From Macrostomum lignano (taxonomy: Eukaryota), in NCBI GenBank assembly GCA_002269645.1, contig NIVC01000224.1, forward strand, positions 124,001 through 188,000: a stretch of DNA of 64,000 nucleotides. The letters are read 5' to 3'. The position numbers and the translations under genes were made by a program. The notes beneath the pieces were generated by a model that was not told where the DNA came from, did not search any database, and saw only the letters and a program-made list of their open reading frames with translations. This document shows, piece after piece, positions 55,201-64,000 of the stretch; within the stretch, counting starts at the first letter, position 1, and every line of letters starts with the position of its first letter.

Positions 55201-58200
55201 TGCCGTTTGTCTGATCTCTATCTGCCGCCTGTCTGATCTCTATCTGCCGTTTGTCTGATCTCTATCTGCCGCCTGTCTGATCTCTATCTGTCGTTTGTTT
55301 GATCTCTATCTGCCGCCTGTTTGATCTCTATCTGCCGTCTTTCTGATATCTATCTGCCGTTTGTCTGATCTCTATCTACCGTTTGTTTGATCTCTATCTG
55401 CCGTTTGTTTGATCTCTATCTGCCGTTTGTCTGATCTCTATCTGCCGCCTGTCTGATCTGCCGTCTCTATCAAGTTGATAAAAATTGCAATATTTTCAGT
55501 TTTTTGTTTAACACGCATGCAGGCATGAATGGCTTGGCGTGCAAAGAGCTATGAATACTAATATCTACTATCATTATCACAATAAAGATAGCGACTAATT
55601 TAAGCATTGCTTTCTGTATACAACATTTCATATTTTGCGGCGTTAGTTTTTTGCTGTTTCGGCTTGGCTTTGGACTGTTTTGATCTTGTTAAATGGATTA
55701 ATATAAAAGTTGTATCCAGCTTCTATGGCGGCATCGCGGTTCCTTTTGATGTTGCTGATGCACCATCATTTTTTAAAGATATCTCTGTCCTCAATTCATT
55801 TGTTGATTTCTGTTGTCTGTGTGCCTGTTTATCTATGCCATATTTTTCTCAGCATTTTTCGCACTGCCTGTCGGATCTCTCTAATTACAGTCTCTCTGAT
55901 CTCTATCTGAAGTTTCTGTGATCTCTATCTGAAGTTTCTGTGATCTCTATCTGAAGTTTCTGTGATCTCTATCTGAAGTTTCTGTGATCTCTATCTACAG
56001 TCTCTGTGATCTCTATCTGAAGTTTCTGTGATCTCTATCTGAAGTTTCTGTGATCTCTATCTGAAGTTTCTGTGATCTCTATCTACAGTCTCTGTGATCT
56101 CTATCTACAGTCTCTGTGATCTCTATCTACAGTCTCTGTGATCTCTATCTACAGCGTCTGTGATCTCTATCTACAGTCTCTGTGATCTCTATCTACAGTC
56201 TAAGTGATCTCTATCTACAGTCTCTGTGATCTCTATCTACAGTCTCTGTGATCTCTATCTACAGTCTCTGTGATCTCTATCTACAGTCTAAGTGATCTCT
56301 ATCTACAGTCTCTGTGATCTCTATCTACAGTGTCTGTGATCTCTATCTACAGTCTCTGTGATCTCTATCTGAAGTTTCTGTGATCTCTATCTACAGTCTC
56401 TGTGATCTCTATCTAAAGTTTCTGTGATCTCTATCAACAGTCTCTGTGATCTCTATCTGAAGTTTCTGTGATCTCTATCTACAGTCTCCGTGATCTCTAT
56501 CTACAGTCTCTGTGATCTCTATCTGAAGTTTCTGTGATCTCTATCTACAGTCTCTGTGATCTCTATCTACAGTCTCTGTGATCTCTATCTGAAGTTTCTG
56601 TGATCTCTATCTACAGTCTCTGTGATCTCTATCTGAAGTTTCTGTGATCTCTATCTACAATCTCTGTGATCTCTATCTGAAGTTTCTGTGATCTCTATCT
56701 ACAGTCTATGTGATCTCTATCTGAAGTTTCTGTGATCTCTATCTACAGTCTCTGTGATCTCTATCTGAAGTTTCTGTGATCTCTATCTACAGTCTCTGTG
56801 ATCTCTATCTACAGTCTCTGTGATCTCTATCTGAAGTTTCTGTGATCTCTATCTACAGTCTCTGTGATCTCTATCTGAAGTTTCTGTGATCTCTATCTAC
56901 AGTCTAAGTGATCTCTATCTACAGTCTAAGTGATCTCTATCTACAGTCTCCGTGATCTGTACCTACAGTCTAAGTGATCTCTATCTACAGTCTCTGTGAT
57001 CTCTATCTACAGTCTAAGTGATCTCTATCTACAGTCTCCGTGATCTCTATCTACCTACAGTCTGTGATCGCTCTGAGTTCACACAGTTTCGAAAAGCCAT
57101 GTCTATTTCTTGTGTCAGTTTATTGTCATTTAAAAAAATTATTATTATAAGAAAGCCCTGCAGCTAAAATAACACAAAATAGGATCCTTGTTTTTATATG
57201 CTATTTTTCATAGCAGCCATGTAAGCAGTTTGCTGTGCTATAATCTTCTGTGTTGTTTGCCATTATTCTGGCTGTCTGTTTGTCTGTCTGTGTTGTTTGC
57301 CACCTTATAGAATCCTGAGTCCTAATAGATCTGTTATTTAAAGTTCTAAATTTAGACTAGCATATTACGTATCTACTGTAGTAATGCCATGCTTGCTTTG
57401 CTTTAAAATGCGCAGATTCAGATATTTAATTTTAGTTAGTGGCGCAAGCGATAAAGAGAGTTCTGTGCCAGCGTGTGCAATGTAAGGTAAACAAAAATAT
57501 TCAAGTTACACTGGCCCGCTTGGAAAGTAGAAGTTGCTTAGCATAAGAAAAATGTATGTATATTATATATAATTTAGGCGTTTACCTAGTTAGATACATC
57601 TGCCTTATTGTAACAGTGACTTTTGTGCAGCTTTGCATTGCAAGGTTTTGGGCTGACGTAGCGGGTGTGGTTTTCTATTTGCTGCCAAAGTGTTTTTCTT
57701 ATGCAGTTGCTAGGTGGTTCCTTTTTTCGTGATGTAGAAGTAAGCGAACTTGCCTAAATTATTTTATAGTTCAGTTTTTTAAAGAAGGTACATCTTGATA
57801 TAAATTAAAAAAGTTCCTTTTTTAAAATTTGCATTGGAATGCAATTTAACTGAGAGAAAGTCTTGACAGTGAGATTCTTAGACTGACCCGAAAGTGCAGG
57901 GGTAAGATTCTTAGACTGACCCGAAACTGCAAGGGTGAGATTCTTAGACTGACCCGAAACTGCAAGGGTGAGATTCTTAGATTGATCCGAAACTACAGGG
58001 GTGAGATTCTTAGATTGACCCGAAACTGCAAGGGTGAGATTCTTAGATTGACCCGAAACTGCAGGGGTGAGATTCTTAGACTGACCCGAAACTGCAAGGG
58101 TGAGATTCTTAGATTGATCCGAAACTGCAGGGGTGAGATTCTTAGACTGACCCGAAACTGCAAGGGTGAGATTCTTAGATTGATCCGAAACTGCAGGGGT

Positions 58201-61200
58201 GAGATTCTTAGACTGACCCGAAACTGCAAGGGTGAGATTCTTAGACTGACCCGAAACTGCAAGGGTGAGATTCTTAGATTGATCCGAAACTACAGGGGTG
58301 AGATTCTTAGATTGACCCGAAACTGCAAGGGTGAGATTCTTAGATTGACCCGAAACTGCAGGGGTGAGATTCTTAGACTGACCCGAAACTGCAAGGGTGA
58401 GATTCTTAGATTGATCCGAAACTACAGGGGTGAGATTCTTAGATTGACCCGAAACTGCAAGGGTGAGATTCTTAGATTGACCCGAAACTGCAGGGGTGAG
58501 ATTCTTAGACTGACCCGAAACTGCAAGGGTGAGATTCTTAGATTGATCCGAAACTACAGGGGTGAGATTCTTAGATTGACCCGAAACTGCAAGGGTGAGA
58601 TTCTTAGATTGACCCGAAACTGCAGGGGTGAGATTCTTAGACTGACCCGAAACTGCAAGGGTGAGATTCTTAGACTGACCCGAAACTGCAAGGGTGAGAT
58701 TCTTAGATTGATCCGAAACTACAGGGGTGAGATTCTTAGATTGACCCGAAACTGCAGGGGTGAGATTCTTAGACTGACCCGAAACTGCAAGGGTGAGATT
58801 CTTAGACTGACCCGAAACTGCAAGGGTGAGATTCTTAGATTGACCCGAAACTGCAGGGGTGAGATTCTTAGATTGACCCGAAACTGCAGGGGTGAGATTC
58901 TTAGACTGACCCGAAACTGCAAGGGTGAGATTCTTAGACTGACCCGAAACTGCAAGGGTGAGATTCTTAGATTGATCCGAAACTACAGGGGTGAGATTCT
59001 TAGATTGACCCGAAACTGCAAGGGTGAGATTCTTAGATTGACCCGAAACTGCAGGGGTGAGATTCTTAGACTGACCCGAAACTGCAAGGGTGAGATTCTT
59101 AGATTGATCCGAAACTACAGAGGTGAGATTCTTAGATTGACCCGAAACTGCAAGGGTGAGATTCTTAGATTGACCCGAAACTGCAGGGGTGAGATTCTTA
59201 GACTGACCCGAAACTGCAAGGGTGAGATTCTTAGACTGACCAGAAACTACAGGGGTGAGATGTGCTTAACACTTACAAGACCCATCTAAAATCCCTGGGA
59301 ATTTTTAACGCATTCTCTCCCAGATCCGAGGACTCGCTGCCCCTATTGAACGGTTCCGCCGCGGCGGCTGCGGCAGCTTTGGGCGCCGCACCCGGCAACA
59401 TGTCGGCCCTTTCGCCCTCGCTGCAGCGCTCCACCCTTGGTCCAAGCCAGCCTCAGCAGACTCCGCCAACGGCAAAGTCAAAATCCGGCAAATCTGGCAA
59501 ACGGCACAAGGCCGCTGCAGTCGGCGAGACCAGCTTCGTTGTTAGCGGCGGCAGCGGCGCGCGCGCAGGTCGTCGACGTTCGTCCTCGGCGCTGCGCGTT
59601 GGCAAGAGTCAGTTCCATCGGCTGCAGCTGGCCGGAGCTACTGTTGAACCGGACGAGTCGCTCTTGAACGATTTGCACAATGGCATCAAGTGCATGCGGG
59701 TGTTCTTTAATAATCAGCGCGCTTGTCAGAGAACTTTTCAGGTGAGACCATGCCTTTCTCTAGTCCCACCCTGCCGGTCTCTAGTCTCACCCTGCCGGTG
59801 TCTAGTCTCACCTTGTCGGTCCCTAGTCTCACCCTGCCGGTCTCTAGTCTCACCCTGCCGGTCTCTAGTCCCACCCTGCCGGTCTCTAGTCTCACCCTGC
59901 CGGTCTCTAGTCTCACCCTGCCGGTCTCTTGTCTTACCCTGCCGGTCTCTAGTCTCACCCTGCCGGTCTCTAGTCTCACCCTGTCTGTCTGTTTTCTCAC
60001 CCTTCCTGTCTCTAGTCTCACCCTGTCAGTCTCTAGTCTCACCCTGCCGGTCTCTTGTCTCACCCTGCCGGTCTCTAGTCCCACCCTGCCGGTCTCTAGT
60101 CCCACCCTGCCGGTCTCTAGTCTCACCCTGCCGGTCTCTAGTCTCACCCTGCCGGTCTCTAGTCTCACCCTGCCGGTCTCTAGTCTCACCCTGTCTGTCT
60201 GTTTTCTCACCCTTCCTGTCTCTAGTCTCACCCTGTCAGTCTCTAGTCTCACCCTGCCGGTCTCTAGTCTCATCCTGCCGGTCTCTAGTCTCACCCTATC
60301 TGTCCGTTTTCTCACCCTTCCTGTCTCTAGTCTCACCCTGCCGGTCTCTAGTCTCACCCTTTCTGTCTCTAGTCTCACCCTGTCAGTCTCTAGTCTCACC
60401 CTGCCGGTCTCTAGTCCCACCCTGCCGGTCTCTAGTCTCACCCTGTCTGTCTGTTTTCTCACCCTTCCTGTCTCTAGTCTCACCCTGCCGGTCTCTAGTC
60501 TCACCCTGCCGGTCTCTAGTCTCACCCTGTCTGTCTGTTTTCTCACCCTTCCTGTCTCTAGTCTCAACCTGAAATTTCTCCCTGTCTGTCTGTTGTCTCA
60601 CCCTTTCTGTCTCTAGTCTCATCCTGTCTGTCTCTAGTCTCATCCTGTCTGTCTGTTTTCTCACCCTTTCTGTCTCTAGTCTCATCCTGTCTGTCTCTAG
60701 TCTCATCCTGTCTGTCTGTTTTCTCACCCTTTCTGTCTCTAGTCTCACTCCGTATGTTTCTGCTTATCCTGTCTGTATCCACTTTCTCTCTCCCTGTCTC
60801 TACTCCCTCTTCCCTATCTCTCTACATGTCTAAAATACACGCTATATCTGTAGTCTCACCATGTGAGACTTGCCAACTTGCCATTCCCCCAAAACCTACC
60901 TACTTGCAGGACAAGACCGCCATAAACATAATTGCCCAATGCCTGTTGCATCCCCGGTTCGCCACGAAGACTCTGGTGCTGGAGCTGCTGGCAGCCCTGT
61001 GCATGCTAGACGGCATGCACCAGCAAGTTCTGGACGCTTTCGACTTCTTCAAAGAGCGAGTCGGCGAGAAACGCCGCTGGGAGACTTTGATGATACACTT
61101 TAAGCAGCATGACAGCCTACCGGCTGAGCACTACTGCCTAGAGTTCATGATCAGCTGCGCCAGGTTCATCAATATTGTGCAGAATGTCAGCAATGAGCAC

Positions 61201-62773
61201 ATTGGACTTCGGGTCTTTTTACAATCGGAATTCTCCCAGCTGGGTCTGGACAGCTTCCTGCACTCGTTGCGCGGTCACTACGAGGATGCGAGATTAAATA
61301 GTCAGATTGAAGCGATATTTGAGAATAGCATCGATGTTGCCGGCTTGTATCAGGACTCGCTGGCTAAGCAGAGCGCCGTTACTAGGTGAGTTTATTGCCG
61401 ATTGAGCGCCAATTAAGCGCCACAATCTAAACTTTAGCGACAATCAAGAGCCACAATCTAGACTTTAGCGCTAATCAAGCGCCACAATCTAGACTTTAGC
61501 GCCAATTAAGCGCTACAATCTAGACTTTAGCGCCAATTAAGCGACACAATCTAGACTTTAGCGCCAATCAAGCGCCACGATCTAGACTTTAGCGCCAATT
61601 AAGCGCCACAATCTAGACTTTGGCGACAATCAAGCGCCACAATCTAGACCTTAGCGCCAATCAAGCGCCACAATCTAGACTTTGGCGACAATCAAGCGCC
61701 ACAATCTAGACCTTAGCGCCAATCAAGCGCCACAATCTAGACTTTAGCGCCAATCAAGCGCCACGATCTAGACTTTGGCGACAATCAAGCGCCACAATCT
61801 AGACCTTAGCGCCAATTAAGCGCCACAATCTAGACTTTAGCGCCAATCAAGCGCCACGATCTAGACTTTAGCGCCAATTAAGCGCCAAAATCTAGACTTT
61901 GGCGACAATCAAGCGCCACAATCTAGACTTTGGCGCCAATTAAGCGCCACAATCTAGACTTTGGCGCCAATTAAGCGACACATTCTAGACTTTGGCGCCA
62001 CTTAAGCGCCACAATCTAGACTAAAGCGCCACAATCTAGACTTTAACGCCAATTATAAGCAATATGACAAAAATCACAGCAGGGATTTAACTAATTCAAA
62101 TATCCTCTATTCCTCACCCCGCAGAGCCGCTGCCCTGGAGGAGCAACTCTACCAAACTCAGTCCCGACTCCGTGAAGCCGAAGACACCGCCGCGGAACGC
62201 TTGGCGGAGCTGCGCGAACGCTTGACCAGCCGAGAGGCGGATTGCGCAACCCTTCGAGCTGATAAAGAGGCCGCACTCGAGGAGATGCAGAACAGCCTCA
62301 GCGCCGCGAGCAAGCACGCGGACGAGAAACAGCACCGATTGGTTGAGCGACTCGCAGATTTGGAGACGAAAATCCGCCAAGCCGAATCTGCCGTCGCTGC
62401 TGCGAAAGAGCGGGAGCAGAAACTGCTGCAACAATTGCAGCAGCAGCAGCAGCAGCAGCAACCGACTGAGACGCCTGGAGTTCCCGCCGCTAAGATTCCC
62501 GGCGTTAATTCTCCGGCTCCCGCTGCTGCAGCGCCACCTCCTCCGCCTCCGCCTCCGCCGCCACCACCACCGCCGCCGCCACCGCCTGGAGGTCCGGGCG
62601 GTCCGCCGCCTCCGCCCCCTCCGCCGCCTCCGCCAGGCGTCCCAGGCGGAGCCGGGCGTTTAGCGGTGAAATCTCCGCTGGTGCCGAAGAATCGTTTGCC
62701 AATGTTGAATTGGACAGCAATACCTGCCAATGTGTGCCGGGGCACCGTGTTTATGGATATGAATGACGATCAG
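51807..62773 (+). CDS. FMNL: Formin-like (FMNL/FRL subfamily) gene, 5 exons in the window, continues beyond 64000
   Basis: Exons 51807-52207, 54606-54686, 59324-59741, 60910-61385 and 62125-62773 join in frame; GBD/FH3, coiled coil, FH1 polyproline and start of FH2. Confidence 0.9.
52265..53640. repeat. 23-bp intronic minisatellite (GTAGTTTCGGGTCTTTGTTCCGT)
   Basis: Tandem units with three recurring variants. Confidence 0.95.
54020..54560. repeat. 22-bp intronic minisatellite (TGCCATTTGTCAGAATCATAAA)
   Basis: Tandem units. Confidence 0.95.
54606..54686 (+). CDS. FMNL: FMNL exon 2
   Basis: QWLEQFIEEGGLDLLIEYM; CTCTCAG acceptor, AG|GTAAAG donor. Confidence 0.85.
55065..55470. repeat. 22-bp minisatellite (TCTGATCTCTATCTGCCGTCTG)
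   Basis: Tandem units. Confidence 0.93.
55880..57065. repeat. 22-bp minisatellite (TGATCTCTATCTACAGTCTCTG / GAAGTTTCTG variants)
   Basis: Tandem units. Confidence 0.95.
57870..59258. repeat. 33-bp minisatellite (CTGACCCGAAACTGCAAGGGTGAGATTCTTAGA)
   Basis: Tandem units ending about 65 bp before FMNL exon 3. Confidence 0.96.
59324..59741 (+). CDS. FMNL: FMNL exon 3
   Basis: CTCCCAG acceptor; low-complexity insert then DLHNGIKCMRVFFNN; CAG|GTGAGA donor. Confidence 0.85.
59750..60750. repeat. 21-bp minisatellite (CTAGTCTCACCCTGCCGGTCT)
   Basis: Begins right after the exon 3 donor. Confidence 0.95.
60910..61385 (+). CDS. FMNL: FMNL exon 4 (FH3)
   Basis: TKTLVLELLAALC...FINIV...RVFLQSEFSQLGLDSFL. 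Confidence 0.92.
61405..62050. repeat. 31-bp minisatellite (GCGCCACAATCTAGACTTTAGCGCCAATCAA)
   Basis: Period 31. Confidence 0.95.
62125..62773 (+). CDS. FMNL: FMNL exon 5 (coiled coil, FH1, FH2 start)
   Basis: Polyproline tracts then KNRLPMLNWTAIP...GTVF. Confidence 0.92.
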
Positions 62774-62829
62774 GTTGGTCGCTTTAGTTGCTTTTGCACT
62801 TTTTATAGCGTATAATATGTATATTGTAA

Positions 62830-64000
62830 TCCCTTCATATCCAAACTAAGCTCCCTTCACAAACCCCTAGTTAAGCCACACTTCACTAAGCCCTGATTAA
62901 GTTCCGCTCACAAACTTAAATTAAGTTCCCTCCAAAAACCCTATTTAAGCCCCTTTCATAAAACCTCTAATTAAGCTTCCTTCACAAAACCCTAATTAAG
63001 CTCCTTTCACAAAACCCTAATTAAGCTCCTTTCACAAAACCCTAATTAAGCTCCTTTTACAAAACCCCTAATTAAGCTCCCTTCACAAAACCCTAATTAA
63101 GCTCCTTTTACAAAACCCCTAATTAAGCTCCCTTTACAACCCCTAATTAAGCTCCCTTCACAAAACCCTAATTAAGCTCTCTTCACAAAACCCCTAATAA
63201 AGCTCCCTTCACAACCCCTAATTAAGCTCCCTTCACAACCCCTAATTAAGCTCCCTTCACAACCCCTAATTACGCTCCCTTCACAAAACCCCTAATTCAG
63301 CTTTTTTCACAAAACCCCTACTTAAGCTTCCTTCACAAAACCCTAATTAAGCTCCCTTCACTACCCCTAATTAAGCTCCCTTCACAACCCCTACTTAAGC
63401 TTCCTTCACAAAACCCTAATTCAGCCCCCTTCACAACCCCTAATTAAGCTCCCTTCACAAAACCCTAATTCAGCTCCCTTCACAAAACCCCTACTTAAGC
63501 TTCCTTCACAAAACCCCTACTTAAGCTTCCTTCACAAAACCCTAATTAAGCTCCCTTCACAAAACCCCTAATTCAGCTCCTTTCACAAAACCCCTACTTA
63601 AGCTCCCTTCACAAAACCCCTAATTAAGCTCCTTTCACAAAACCCCTACTTAAGCTCCCTTCACAACCCCTAATTAAGCTCCTTTCACAAAACCCCTACT
63701 TAAGCTCCCTTCACAACCCCTAATTCAGCTCCTTTCTCAAAACCCCTACTTAAGCTCCCTTCACAACCCCTAATTAAGCTCCTTTCGCAAAACCCCTACT
63801 TAAGCTCCCTTCACAACCCCTAATTAAGCTCCTTTCACAAAACCCCTACTTAAGCTCCCTTCACAACCCCTAATTCAGCTCCTTTCACAAAACCCCTACT
63901 TAAGCTCTCTTCACAAAACCCTAATTAAGCTCCCTTCACAACCCCTAATTACGCTCCCTTCACAAAACCCCTAATTCAGCTTTTTTCACAAAACCCCTAA
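62830..64000. repeat. 24-27-bp minisatellite (CACAAAACCCTAATTAAGCTCCCTT)
   Basis: Tandem units running to the window end. Confidence 0.93.

Noticed and set aside
57982-59289. 435-aa RNCKGEILRL repeat ORF upstream of FMNL exon 3
   Set aside because: 33-bp intronic minisatellite; exon 2 splices in phase directly to 59324
59742-60748. Cys-rich SPCRSLV extension of the 59262 ORF and opposite-strand repeat ORFs
   Set aside because: A strong donor at 59741 and FH3 continuity at 60910 show that this is intron
62830-64000. Telomeric repeat (AACCCT-like)
   Set aside because: AACCCTAA is only part of a 24-27-bp unit inside a formin intron, not a (TTAGGG)n tract

Overview
Eukaryotic (metazoan) genomic DNA with GC-rich exons, GT-AG introns and a very high density of minisatellite arrays. 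The style suggests a free-living flatworm such as Macrostomum, which is my inference and not a database result. Bases 1-11.6 kb are a transposon cluster. It holds the 5' half of a Ty3/Gypsy LTR element abutting a 20-bp satellite, a decayed IS630/Tc1-type element carrying a nested 49-bp TIR-only insert, a Merlin/ISXO2 transposase remnant, a full-length decayed mariner and an 8-bp-TSD MITE. Three co-oriented + strand genes follow: an ATG-less 1.6-kb exon (tentatively TEDC2-like), a complete two-exon BPNT1, and a three-exon coiled-coil + C-terminal UBZ protein resembling TBK1 adaptors. A minus-strand FSTL4/5-like gene (Kazal, EF-hand, 2 Ig, beta-propeller) has 10 coding exons reconstructed between 45563 and 26955, but its signal-peptide exon was not found. 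A + strand FMNL-type formin starts at 51807 and runs off the window. Nearly every large intron and intergenic gap carries its own tandem array, and most long ORFs in the track are translations of these repeats. Exon boundaries were derived by hand from splice motifs and phase continuity, and repeat boundaries are approximate.
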